In this document: positions 10,410 through 18,601 of the stretch, one piece after another
How positions within the stretch are numbered: position 1 is the stretch's first letter
Layout of the letters: each line of letters begins with the position of its first letter
Source of the DNA: a virus
Lineage: Duplodnaviria; Caudoviricetes
Length of the DNA stretch: 29,337 bases
Direction: 5' to 3' (one strand)
Virus record (IMG/VR): IMGVR_UViG_3300037790_000015
Location: 1-29,337 of that record
Notes under the pieces: model-generated
What the model was told of the DNA's origin: nothing
Databases searched by the model: none
The model's input: only the letters and a program-made list of their open reading frames with translations
Made by a program: the position numbers and the translations under genes

Positions 10410-10660
10410 AATTCAGCATAGACAGAAGGTGCAGACCTCTCAGCCTGCCTGGTGACTTATAACCGCTGAGCGATTCATCATCACTGGGTAGGATCGACGC
10501 TCTTGGTGCTACCCCGTTTATCCAAAAGCATCAGGCCGATTAACCGCGCCACCCGGATTATTGATAACTGATTCCGCGCCCTACTGTGGTTCGGGCTGCC
10601 ATCGGTCGCTGCTGGCCTCGCGTCAGCTATCAGTTTCGTGTTGAGCTTTCGCTCACCTTA
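10375..10660 (-). ncRNA. putative structured late-leader RNA (pR'-tR' type)
   Basis: No long ORF; bounded by an extended -10 and a terminator; contains several stems (see findings). Confidence 0.45.
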
Positions 10661-10665
10661 CCTGA

Positions 10666-10674
10666 ACTATACCA
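10666..10674 (-). promoter_or_regulatory. putative late promoter (pR'-like), extended -10
   Basis: TGG-TATAGT on the minus strand just downstream of the Q-position gene; no good -35. Confidence 0.5.
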
Positions 10675-10703
10675 GTTAATTGCACGTTTTTTTGTGTACA
10701 AAA

Positions 10704-11096
10704 TCAGGGGTAAATGTTCACGTTTTTGACGCATGACTCGATGACGCAATCCCTGATCCAGGCCACGCGGTTTTCTACTTTTGTTCGACCAAACCCCATG
10801 CTTCGGGCAATAGCCAGAATACTGCGTTTTGACTCATCAGCACCCCAGCGACGCTTTGCAATGATCTGGTCACTCAATTTCCATCTTTCTGCCAGGTGAT
10901 GACAGAGCTGCACTTGCAGGTCGTCCGCCGGTAACTGATTGTCAGGCTCACCAGGGCAGCGCATGTCCGTGTTTGGCATCCCGACATACTTACCTGCAGC
11001 CCAGCGCTCAAGAATCCTGTCAGCCTGCTTGTGCAAGTCTTTGTAGTTCGGGCCGACAACCGTGCTCTTTCTGTGTTTCTTCTTGAATGAACGCAT
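10704..11096 (-). CDS. late-gene regulator, Q-antiterminator-like
   Basis: Last early gene before the late promoter; 'ILERWA' segment and C-terminal HTH 'SILAIARSMGFGRTKVENRV'. Confidence 0.55.
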   Translation of the reverse strand: MRSFKKKHRKSTVVGPNYKDLHKQADRILERWAAGKYVGMPNTDMRCPGEPDNQLPADDLQVQLCHHLAERWKLSDQIIAKRRWGADESKRSILAIARSMGFGRTKVENRVAWIRDCVIESCVKNVNIYP

Positions 11097-11322
11097 TTAT
11101 ATCCTCGCAGACTTCTGAGTAAAACGGCAGGCCTTCTCCACCTTTGTAAGTTCCGATCCAGTCATATTTGTGGCCGATGAGTTCGGCCCTGTAATCCTTT
11201 TCTCGGACATTCATAAACCGGTGCTTTTGCTTTGACCAGACAAGAAAGACGGTGACGCCATTACCGGCCCTGCCAATCTCAACCAGTAAATCCATGTAAA
11301 CCCGCTCTACCTCAGCATGCAT
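11020..11322 (-). CDS. hypothetical phage protein
   Basis: 100 aa ORF with a GGAG RBS in the nin-like gene string. Confidence 0.5.
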   Translation of the reverse strand: MHAEVERVYMDLLVEIGRAGNGVTVFLVWSKQKHRFMNVREKDYRAELIGHKYDWIGTYKGGEGLPFYSEVCEDINAFIQEETQKEHGCRPELQRLAQAG

Positions 11323-11616
11323 CAGTTATCTCCAATACCGTCTTTTCTTCGCCTCGCGGCCCAACGACGACTGTTTCAAACTCGACTTTTTTGACCTGCT
11401 TACACGAATCGTTTTCAAGTATTCCTCTCGCAACAAGTCCGTCGAGAAATGCTTTAACAGATACCCCTTCTGTGTCGCTGACGGCCTTTCTATAACTTGT
11501 AACCGTGATGCGCACCGGTGCAGTAAATCTCGGCATTTCTTCTGCCTTGTCCAGTGCATCGTCAGGATGTCGTTCCAAAGCGGCAGAGGCAGGTCGAGTT
11601 CGATTACGACTTTCAT
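11312..11616 (-). CDS. RusA-like Holliday junction resolvase split over two reading frames
   Basis: The frame starting at 11616 gives a RusA-type N-terminus (IELDLPLPLWNDILTMHWTRQKK). The frame ending at 11312 gives a RusA-type core (PVRITV..RK..D.EG.SVKAFLDGLV..GILENDS..V). Confidence 0.6.
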
Positions 11617-11873
11617 TCATTCTCCAACTGAGCCTCTACCAGTCGCGCATAGCCAGTGATGTCGTGCCAGCTGTCGGCATAGTTCGGATCGCCGTTCAAT
11701 ATCCTGGCTACCTTATGCTGAATCATCTCCAGCGCTTCTTTCTTGTCATCGCTGAGCCGGTTCCACCCGGGCATGTTCCGCATCACGTCTTTCAGTGTTT
11801 GGCTGATTTCGGCATGGTCTTTAAACTCGCCGTAACGGTTGCCACGCTCTTTCAGCGTTTCATCTATGCCCAT
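11613..11873 (-). CDS. DUF6378-like phage protein
   Basis: 'L.ERG..YG.F...KVARILNGDPNYADSWHDITGYARLV' pattern. Confidence 0.7.
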   Translation of the reverse strand: MGIDETLKERGNRYGEFKDHAEISQTLKDVMRNMPGWNRLSDDKKEALEMIQHKVARILNGDPNYADSWHDITGYARLVEAQLENE

Positions 11874-12098
11874 TTACCACCCCTGTTTTCTGAAATGCTT
11901 TGCTTGTTCTTCCATCCGCCCGGCACACCCAGCACAAAGGTCAGTCCCGCCTAATGCGTCATTCCGCTCTTTTGGAATGGGGTCGTCACATTCGACACAA
12001 AGCTCGCTCATTTCCCGTTTCACCGTCTTATGCGCCTGCAATGCCATTTCCAAATTACGCTCGGCAACTTCGTTACCTCGATCTGCTTCGTCTGCCAC
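11874..12098 (-). CDS. TraR/DksA C4-type zinc finger protein
   Basis: N-terminal 'ADEADR' (DxxDxA-like) motif and CVEC...IP..R..A..G..LCAGC. Confidence 0.85.
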   Translation of the reverse strand: MADEADRGNEVAERNLEMALQAHKTVKREMSELCVECDDPIPKERNDALGGTDLCAGCAGRMEEQAKHFRKQGW

Positions 12099-12261
12099 TA
12101 CTTACCTTCCTTCTCTCAAACTCATTCATGACGATTTTCTTAACCCAGTTCTGTAAATGCTCTGGGACTTCATTAAGCAATTCCCGCCGCTGCTCTTTTG
12201 TTGGTGCGGCCAGTATCTTTGCTGCATAGTGACGTGGCCACAGGTCGCTCACCTGCCCCAA
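12073..12261 (-). CDS. hypothetical phage protein
   Basis: Short helical ORF overlapping its neighbours; start may be GTG at 12252. Confidence 0.5.
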   Translation of the reverse strand: MGQVSDLWPRHYAAKILAAPTKEQRRELLNEVPEHLQNWVKKIVMNEFERRKVSSGRRSRSR

Positions 12262-12587
12262 TCCTCAATCGCATCTATTACTTCCTGCGGTGGCTTTATT
12301 GGCGACTTCTTTATTAACCGAAGCCATAAAGCTGACTGCGGCCCAAACTCTTGCCTGAATAGCCTCCGGCTGCCTTGAGTAACTACATCATCGTGAACCT
12401 GACACAGCGGTAGAATGAACCAGTGCCCACACTTGGTTTTATTGTGCGCCCAGGTCGCCCCTTCACAATGATGAGCGATGCAAGGCCAATCACTACACAC
12501 GGCGCATGACTGCTCTTTCACCCATGCAAGGAATCTACGTTGCTCTGCGTTTGCTGCTGGGCTTTGCCTAGTTGGGCGTCGCTGCAT
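12249..12587 (-). CDS. zinc-binding HNH-like nuclease (DUF968/Ref-like)
   Basis: 'LAWVKEQSCAVC....AHH....ILPLCQVH'; start at MQRR (12587) with GGAG RBS. Confidence 0.65.
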   Translation of the reverse strand: MQRRPTRQSPAANAEQRRFLAWVKEQSCAVCSDWPCIAHHCEGATWAHNKTKCGHWFILPLCQVHDDVVTQGSRRLFRQEFGPQSALWLRLIKKSPIKPPQEVIDAIEDWGR

Positions 12588-13296
12588 TGTTTTCTCCCCA
12601 ATACTTAACCTCTGCGTCGCGCCTTGCCTTAATAGCAATGCTCATTGTGTCGAAAAGACCGATATATATTTGTTTATAGTTGTGGCATATATTTACTCGA
12701 TACTTTTTACCGTGCTTGGTAACGCCCTTCACTCCTGTATCACCAAGTAATATGCGCCGGTTCTCCGCCTGCTTTTTGCATGTTGTCCATCGGCAGTTTT
12801 CCTTGTAGTAACCCTTGCTGCTGTCAATGCGGTCTATTGATAGACCGTCTGGACACTCACCCATATCCTCAAGAAAAGATTCATAACTTCTCGCCCATCT
12901 ATCACATACGGTCACGCCTGCACCGCCGTATCGTGGATATGCCTTATTATTTTTGTTTAAACATCTACCCTTCATTCCTTTCCATATTCGATACGTCCTT
13001 GTTCCCCAATCGCCGTGCTTTTTTTTGCTTTTTGATAAGAGCTGGCCTCTTATGCATCCGCAGCTTGAAGAAGCGCCAGACCTTAGATGTGCGCCGCGAA
13101 TCACGCGTACATTGCCGCATGAGCACTTGCATTGGTGAAACCAGGCCCCGTATCTCTTCTCGAAATAAGCAGCTATTACCCGAAACTCGCCATATTGATC
13201 ACCATCAGATATGTTTTTCTGGTTGTTCCTTCGCATAAACCGCTTTTCTTCGGCATTGACTGCGCGGGTGCTGCGTTTTGTGGCCCGGCGCATCAT
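12568..13296 (-). CDS. HNH homing endonuclease with C-terminal AP2 domain
   Basis: CKCSCG..LRSG.SSSCGC; 'W.GMK.RC...Y.RYGG.GVTVC.RW..F..DMG.....SIDRID..KGY..ENCRW'; AP2 'TGVKGV....Y...I......IG.F.T...AI.AR..AE..YWG'. Confidence 0.9.
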   Translation of the reverse strand: MMRRATKRSTRAVNAEEKRFMRRNNQKNISDGDQYGEFRVIAAYFEKRYGAWFHQCKCSCGNVRVIRGAHLRSGASSSCGCIRGQLLSKSKKKHGDWGTRTYRIWKGMKGRCLNKNNKAYPRYGGAGVTVCDRWARSYESFLEDMGECPDGLSIDRIDSSKGYYKENCRWTTCKKQAENRRILLGDTGVKGVTKHGKKYRVNICHNYKQIYIGLFDTMSIAIKARRDAEVKYWGENNAATPN

Positions 13297-13748
13297 CAGC
13301 GAACCTCCAATATCAAGCCCTGTTCAGCAAAAAATAGCTGCAGCCTGTCCATGAATTTTTTGTGCTCATGCCGTTTCATGATTCGCGTAATCGGCACGTC
13401 TTTGATTAGGTGATCTTGCTCTTCCACTGCCAGGTAGTCGTAGTGATGCTTATCCAGGAACCCCATCACCATTTCTGCTCTGTAGTCGCCAGCGGCCTTG
13501 ATGATTGGCAAGCCAAACTCACGCTTGAGATAGCAACGGCACTCAATCTCTGTCAGGCTCAAATGCTCGGCTATTTCCCCAGTCCAGACCGCCTGTAATG
13601 CGTTGGCAGATAAGCTGCGTTTCTTGCGCTTACCTTCAAAAACTTCCAGCGTTACCGGCTTGTTGGATTGCAACAGGTTGTTTACATAATTATTGAAGCC
13701 GTTCCAGCCCTGCATTGATGGTTCAACAATGAAAGTTCTGGCTCTCAT
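13296..13748 (-). CDS. NinB/YbcN-like recombination protein
   Basis: 'KKRSLSANALQAVW..EIA', 'K..FG.PI', 'TR.M....KFMD.LQ.FFAEQG..L'. Confidence 0.75.
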   Translation of the reverse strand: MRARTFIVEPSMQGWNGFNNYVNNLLQSNKPVTLEVFEGKRKKRSLSANALQAVWTGEIAEHLSLTEIECRCYLKREFGLPIIKAAGDYRAEMVMGFLDKHHYDYLAVEEQDHLIKDVPITRIMKRHEHKKFMDRLQLFFAEQGLILEVR

Positions 13749-15163
13749 GCAGCCTCCCGATGCATCACCCAGAATTGCTCCGGCACTTTGTCGTCAGCTT
13801 TTGGCAGCCAGTTACGCTTACGCCCGACAATCAGGTTGAATTGCTCTAGTAGTTTCATATCCCGGAAATACAGGTGAACGGTGCCTTTCTTGAATATCCG
13901 GGCTTTGAAGAACTCACTTTCTACCGCCTGCCCATAACCCACGTCATCAGCGTTTAATGCGTCGCTTACCTTGCTGTATTCCGTCTTACCGGTGATGTGC
14001 GCCAGTGAGCGATCAATATCATCCAAAACTCGAACCTTGTCCCAGTTGACCTTTTTTCCGAGCATCCAGGTATCGCCCATGTTCGGAAGTACAACCCGCT
14101 TTCCGACAAAGAAATAATCGTTACTTTTCCAACCCTCGACGTGGGCGCGGTTCTCTGGGTAATAGCGCGTCATCAGGTCAAAGGCTTCTTCAATGCAGTC
14201 GTCGATGATGTTGTTGTAATCTGCGACCAGGTTTTTCAGAAATGCTCTGATATTCTCTGTGGTGAACTCCATTTTGCTGACTACATCAATCTGCGCCTCA
14301 AACTCCTGCCGGACTTTTTCAGTCATGTACTTGTGAAAATCAGCCAGATTGACGACGGTGCGCCATGCGCTCTCCCTGAGAGATTCAACAAAGCTGTTCA
14401 GCGAATCTTTGACCATTTCAGTTTTGTCGTCGCCGTTACCCTGGATCAGGTTTGCATAGTAAGAAGCCTCAGCATCAGCAATGCAGGCTTTACGCTTGGC
14501 ATCGACCGCACTGGTAAACGCCAGCACCATGTTTTCAATGCGGCTTTCAGGCAAGGCCAGTTGATTAGCTGGCCCTTCTTGTTCGTATTCGCTAAAGGCC
14601 GCTTTCATACCCTGGAAGTAATCAGAGTTGATGCTGTTACGTTTTTTCAGGTGAATCAGAGCAACCTCGACATCGGTCTTGCGCTCAGCGTCTTTGAACT
14701 GCTGCTGCAGGTATTCGACTTCGCCGTGTTGCTCAACAATACGAACCAGCAAACGGCGTGATTCGGTGTACGGGTTTTTGAGTGTTTCGGCATTGAGCAG
14801 TGCGATCACGTCACCGTTGTAAATAATCTCCCAGGCTTTCAGCACATGCTTGTCGCCATTGCTGAACGGCGGGTTCATGATGATCGTGTCGTATTGCTTT
14901 GTGCTGGCGTAGGCCAGGAAGTCAGTATCAACCACCTTGAAACCTTCACCGATGAGCAGGGAGCGCAGCTCTGGCTCTTTCTCGATACACTCAACCTGCG
15001 GCTTGCGATAACGGTCAAAGCGCTCACTGACGGCCTTAGCCAGATCCCCTTTACCGGCTGACGGCTCAAGTATCCGACTGCTGAGCTTGCCATCAATCAT
15101 GCCGGCCATTTTTGCGGCCAGTGATTTTGGTGTTGGGTAGAAGTCCGGATTAAAGAAACTCAT
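13745..15163 (-). CDS. N6-adenine-type DNA methyltransferase fused to DUF4942-like domain
   Basis: 'DFYPTP', 'ILEPSAGKG' (motif I), 'IIMNPPF' (motif IV), C-terminal 'FF.AR.FKKGT.HL.F'. True start MSFFNPDF at 15163. Confidence 0.85.
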   Translation of the reverse strand: MSFFNPDFYPTPKSLAAKMAGMIDGKLSSRILEPSAGKGDLAKAVSERFDRYRKPQVECIEKEPELRSLLIGEGFKVVDTDFLAYASTKQYDTIIMNPPFSNGDKHVLKAWEIIYNGDVIALLNAETLKNPYTESRRLLVRIVEQHGEVEYLQQQFKDAERKTDVEVALIHLKKRNSINSDYFQGMKAAFSEYEQEGPANQLALPESRIENMVLAFTSAVDAKRKACIADAEASYYANLIQGNGDDKTEMVKDSLNSFVESLRESAWRTVVNLADFHKYMTEKVRQEFEAQIDVVSKMEFTTENIRAFLKNLVADYNNIIDDCIEEAFDLMTRYYPENRAHVEGWKSNDYFFVGKRVVLPNMGDTWMLGKKVNWDKVRVLDDIDRSLAHITGKTEYSKVSDALNADDVGYGQAVESEFFKARIFKKGTVHLYFRDMKLLEQFNLIVGRKRNWLPKADDKVPEQFWVMHREAA

Positions 15164-15261
15164 GCCATCACCACCGCAAGCAAACCGAACAGGATATTGA
15201 TGCCGAAAATCAGACTGAACTCGATGCGGATTAGGAGGGTTAAAGCCTCGACTAAGCTCAC
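15160..15261 (-). CDS. 33-aa single-TM microprotein
   Basis: MSLVEALTLLIRIEFSLIFGINILFGLLAVVMA; GTGA and ATGA overlaps with both neighbours; GGAGG upstream. Confidence 0.6.
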   Translation of the reverse strand: MSLVEALTLLIRIEFSLIFGINILFGLLAVVMA

Positions 15262-15518
15262 ACCGCCTCCACCAAATAAGCCGACTTGCCGGATGGGTTT
15301 TTAACGCGCTTTGTTTCCACCGCCAGTTCTTCGTCAAGAATCTCCCTGATACGGCCACACACTGCATTGATACCAATATCAGGTATGGCGTCTGCAAGTT
15401 GCTGCCGAGTCATTGGCCCGTTCTGTCTGAGAAATTCCAAGATGAACATTTTCTGAGTAAGCAAAGCACCCGATACGCTGTGCTGGTAGTAAGCTGCTTG
15501 GCTGGTTTCACGCATCAT
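15258..15518 (-). CDS. winged-HTH DNA-binding protein
   Basis: 'ETSQAAY...ILEFLRQNGPMTRQQLAD....INAVCGRIRE'; start MMRET at 15518. Confidence 0.7.
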   Translation of the reverse strand: MMRETSQAAYYQHSVSGALLTQKMFILEFLRQNGPMTRQQLADAIPDIGINAVCGRIREILDEELAVETKRVKNPSGKSAYLVEAV

Positions 15519-16311
15519 GAGTCGCTTCCTTCTGCTGGTAGTTATCACGCGCCTGTTCAAGCAGCCGCTGTTGCTCTGCCAGTTCTGCACGGCGCTTATC
15601 TTCTGTGGCTTTTTGCTCTACTGCTTTCTCGGCTTTGCGGTCCGGTGCTGGTTTAGCCAGTGCCTCACGCAGTTTGGCGATATTCGCCTGCACATCAGCG
15701 CTTGGTGCTTCGTCTGGTTTTTTGTCGTAGCCGACTAGGGCAGCAACGTGCTGACCGTCGCCTGTTGGTTCTGGTGCTGGCAGTAAATTCTCAACACGCT
15801 CATGACCAATCAGCCCCTGCTTCTCTGCCTGAACCAGTGCGTTTTTGCGTAAGTCCGGATCGTGTCCGAGTGACACATTCCACTTCACCGGAATACCGTT
15901 TGCTCTGGCATCATTAACCAGGCGGTCATAGTGCTGCCGGAATGCCATGCGGGCCCCTACTTCGTCGCCCTGCTCATAGACCGGGTGGCAGTGGAACCAG
16001 GCTTGTTCGATTTCGGCAGTCCATACCGCTGTGGCCGCTTCATCCGCTGCCTGTAGTGCAATCGGCCATGCTTCGTCGGATGAAGGCCGGCCGTCTTGCT
16101 GGTTGATGATTTCGATGATGTCAGCGGGCTTCGGTGCAAACTTAGATTTGGAAACGTGGTGCCGCAGCGCTTGCTTCACCTGCTGCAGTGAGTAAGGCGC
16201 AAGTACGCTCATCCAAATATCGATAACAGTCTCGTCTGGTGTCGGTTTGTCGAACACCTGCAACGCAGCACACAGGGCCACGTCAAACTCTGATTTGTCG
16301 GCACGGTTCAT
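15508..16311 (-). CDS. replication protein P-like / helicase loader
   Basis: Follows the O-like initiator; 'W...L..YSL.QV..AL..H...SKFAPKPADI' and 'RP..DEAW' motifs. Confidence 0.7.
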   Translation of the reverse strand: MNRADKSEFDVALCAALQVFDKPTPDETVIDIWMSVLAPYSLQQVKQALRHHVSKSKFAPKPADIIEIINQQDGRPSSDEAWPIALQAADEAATAVWTAEIEQAWFHCHPVYEQGDEVGARMAFRQHYDRLVNDARANGIPVKWNVSLGHDPDLRKNALVQAEKQGLIGHERVENLLPAPEPTGDGQHVAALVGYDKKPDEAPSADVQANIAKLREALAKPAPDRKAEKAVEQKATEDKRRAELAEQQRLLEQARDNYQQKEATHDA

Positions 16312-17096
16312 AGAACCTCCCCGTTGATGTAGTTTTCACTGGGAAATTCGCCAGGGCGGCGTGATCGTTTTTTGTCTGAGGCTGGCCTGCGCATTTGAGA
16401 AACCATCGTGATGTACTTCTCGCGCAGCTTCTTGCCGGACTGAATGTTTGCCACCCAGAAACGGCCATCAGAGTAAATCCAGTCAATGATGTCGATTAGC
16501 TGCTGCTCTGTGCGGCCATCAAGGCGAATGGACCGCTCTATCTCAACAATCCATTTCTCGTGATCGAGACTTTCAGCCTCTGGGATTTCAGAAACGATTT
16601 TTTTGTGGAGATACAGGGCAACGCGTTCAGCGGACTCTTGCGACGATGTTTTTTTATTTTCTGTATCTGTATCTGTATCTGTATCTGTATCTGTATCTGT
16701 ATCTGTATCTGTATCTAGTCCGTCACTGTGACGTTCTTGTGACGTTTCATTTTTGTCACTTTCCTTTTTCTTCTTTTTTTGTCGGTACTTACGAGTCCTT
16801 TCTGTGGAGCTGTCAGAGTTAAATTGTTTACTCTCCCATCCAACAGGTTGAAAACCGTCGTTTATTAAGTCAACCTCAATTAACCGTCTCTTGATCTCGT
16901 CAAGCTCACGCAGCTGAACCCCCAACTTGACAGCTATTTTCCTCTCTAGCAGGTCGTCTTTCTCATCAAGGATTCCCTGCTGTTTTAGGCACAGCAAAGC
17001 GATGAAATGCCATCTATCTTCAAAGGCAATAAGGCGTAGCTTTTCGTTATCGACAGCACTTGAATAGAGTCTCAGCCAGGGCAGTTTATTAGCCAT
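16308..17096 (-). CDS. replication initiator (O-like / replisome organizer)
   Basis: 'LPWLRLY....D.EKLR' N-terminus, 'SDSSTERTRKYRQKKK', DT-repeat linker, C-terminal 'FW..NI.S..KLREKY'; start MANKL at 17096. Confidence 0.8.
   Translation of the reverse strand: MANKLPWLRLYSSAVDNEKLRLIAFEDRWHFIALLCLKQQGILDEKDDLLERKIAVKLGVQLRELDEIKRRLIEVDLINDGFQPVGWESKQFNSDSSTERTRKYRQKKKKKESDKNETSQERHSDGLDTDTDTDTDTDTDTDTDTENKKTSSQESAERVALYLHKKIVSEIPEAESLDHEKWIVEIERSIRLDGRTEQQLIDIIDWIYSDGRFWVANIQSGKKLREKYITMVSQMRRPASDKKRSRRPGEFPSENYINGEVL
16662..16760. repeat. (TGTATC)x9 tandem repeat plus GTGAC/GTCAC iteron-like repeats; candidate phage origin
   Basis: Nine hexamers at 16662-16715, then GTCACTGTGAC, GTGACGTT x2 and GTCAC, flanked by T-rich tracts, all inside the initiator gene as in lambda ori. 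Confidence 0.6.
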
Positions 17097-17664
17097 TTGC
17101 AGCCTCCATTTCTGTGGTGTGCTGCAGCATGAGTTCACGCACTTCCGAATCTACTTTTGAGATGGCTTTAAGAGTTACCTCTTGGGGGGCTACTTCACTA
17201 TATTTCCATCCAGATGAACTGGTGAATCTGAGGCCGGTCTCCAAATCACAGAATGCGATAAATACATGAATATCTTCCGCTTGCTCGCACATGAAGCAGG
17301 TATCTCCTGACATATCAATATCAGGGGCGACAAGAATGCCTGACACGTCCCATTCATGGCCTATTTTTGTCTCTGACAATATCTGTCTTAGGCCAGTTAT
17401 ATAGCGGGATAGCTGAGCTACCGAATCTGTTTTTATAGAATCTTTTTTAACCTCAATTATCCGGTAGTGAATTTTTGGCGGATCACCAGGGATGGCCTCA
17501 TAATTCATGGTTACTATGTCGGTGATCCCATAAGCGCCCAGCGGTAGCTGCTGAAATACATGATCAACAACGTCGCCGGTGATAGGGCAGTGAGCATGAA
17601 ACTTCATGCTGGACACGATCATGTTTTCAAGCTCTTTTTCTGAATCAAAAACTACTTTTGCCAT
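17089..17664 (-). CDS. PD-(D/E)xK nuclease-fold protein (NucS/EndoMS C-terminal-like)
   Basis: 'SEKELE', 'QQLPLGAYGITDIV', 'IIEVKK', 'AQLSRY', 'GILVAP'. Confidence 0.65.
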   Translation of the reverse strand: MAKVVFDSEKELENMIVSSMKFHAHCPITGDVVDHVFQQLPLGAYGITDIVTMNYEAIPGDPPKIHYRIIEVKKDSIKTDSVAQLSRYITGLRQILSETKIGHEWDVSGILVAPDIDMSGDTCFMCEQAEDIHVFIAFCDLETGLRFTSSSGWKYSEVAPQEVTLKAISKVDSEVRELMLQHTTEMEAANG

Positions 17665-17665
17665 G

Positions 17666-17730
17666 TGATATAATTCCTCTGTACTTGTTCAAACCCGCCA
17701 GGTGCTCCAACACCGCTAATGGCGGGTTTT
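17666..17730 (+). ncRNA. oop-like short antisense transcript unit
   Basis: Perfect extended -10 TG-A-TATAAT (17666-17674), then hairpin AAACCCGCCA...TGGCGGGTTTT (17691-17730), opposite to the pR operon downstream of cII. Confidence 0.5.
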
Positions 17731-17737
17731 CTCATTT

Positions 17738-18178
17738 CTAAACCACCGAAATCTTTCTGCTGGAATCCTGCGTGTGCAGGGCCTGTTTAAGATCGTCGCA
17801 AGCGTCACTGACCTTGCCGACCTGCTTCAGGCAATCCGCTTTCTCCCGTTCAGTCAGAATGTGATCGTCAAGCGCCTCATTGACCATGTGAGCGGCTACC
17901 CCTAGTTCATCCGTGATTTGCAGCAGTAATCGCGTGAAACTGGCCTCTGTGGGCTTTTTCTTGCCCTCCATTGCCGTTAATGCTTCGTTGATACTGAAAT
18001 TGCCTGTCAGCTTTTGAATTTGAATAAGCTGGGCTGGTGAGAAATAGGCGTTTTCCGTGTTCGGGTTGGCCTTGTTCAGCAGGATTTGTCTGCTGACGCC
18101 CATCAGATCAGCTAAAGCCTGTGTCCCTTCGCTGAAATCATGGACGGTGTTGTAGATGGCTAAATCAAGCTGGTTCAT
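17738..18178 (-). CDS. CII-like regulatory protein (phage 186/CP76 type)
   Basis: 'A.Y..VH....G..ALA..MG....L.NKANPN' pattern; position after cro. Confidence 0.75.
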   Translation of the reverse strand: MNQLDLAIYNTVHDFSEGTQALADLMGVSRQILLNKANPNTENAYFSPAQLIQIQKLTGNFSINEALTAMEGKKKPTEASFTRLLLQITDELGVAAHMVNEALDDHILTEREKADCLKQVGKVSDACDDLKQALHTQDSSRKISVV

Positions 18179-18274
18179 GTTTACAGGCTCCAGATTTAAA
18201 TATTTTTAGTTCCCCATGACTCGGTTAATCTGAAATCATGGAAAGTCCATGCTTAAAACCCCGTAACCGGGCAA

Positions 18275-18302
18275 ACAAAAACACCAGCATCAGGGCTGGC
18301 GT
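18275..18302 (-). terminator. tR1-like terminator after cro
   Basis: Minus strand ACGCCAGC-CCTGAT-GCTGGTGT followed by TTTTGTTT. Confidence 0.65.
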
Positions 18303-18509
18303 TTATGCGGTTTTCTTGAAGTCTGGCCGGAGTGATTCAGGCGTGAGAACACCGCCACTAGCAGCTATCAAATTGAAAATTGACTTAGCGCCAGCTTTGC
18401 GGTGCCCGGTTGCCAACTGCTTGATGTATGCAACAGAGGTATCAGCTCTGTCTGCAAATTCCTGCAGCTCCTCCAGGCTCAAACTGTTTATGTAGTTTTG
18501 AAGGTTCAT
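18303..18509 (-). CDS. cro: Cro-like repressor (YdaS-type)
   Basis: 68 aa HTH divergent from cI, ending '...LRPDF'. Confidence 0.8.
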   Translation of the reverse strand: MNLQNYINSLSLEELQEFADRADTSVAYIKQLATGHRKAGAKSIFNLIAASGGVLTPESLRPDFKKTA

Positions 18510-18516
18510 GGGAGTG

Positions 18517-18595
18517 AATTTAGCAAATGCTTAACTGTATTGCAAGAAATATTCAGCTAATGCTTATCGAATCTGTTATTAGCAAATGCTAGATT
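18517..18595. promoter_or_regulatory. OR: three operators with pR and pRM
   Basis: Near-palindromes TTAGCAAATGCTTA (18520), TCAGCTAATGCTTA (18553), TTAGCAAATGCTAG (18579). pR on the minus strand is TTGCAA-17-TAAATT; pRM -10 is TAGATT (18590-18595). Confidence 0.8.
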
Positions 18596-18601
18596 TGAGC
18601 A

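Noticed and set aside
12568-13296. Group I intron or intein around the HNH gene
   Set aside because: There are no non-coding flanks for a ribozyme core and no intein terminal motifs, and the downstream gene has its own RBS and start.
14141-14761. 206-aa plus-strand ORF and similar long antisense ORFs (22659-23129, 23500-23997, 25293-25793)
   Set aside because: They lie opposite well-supported genes and have no recognisable motifs or RBS.
15164-15397. N-terminal 78 aa of the 550-aa methyltransferase ORF
   Set aside because: It overlaps the wHTH gene and the 33-aa TM gene; the family-like sequence starts at ATG 15163.
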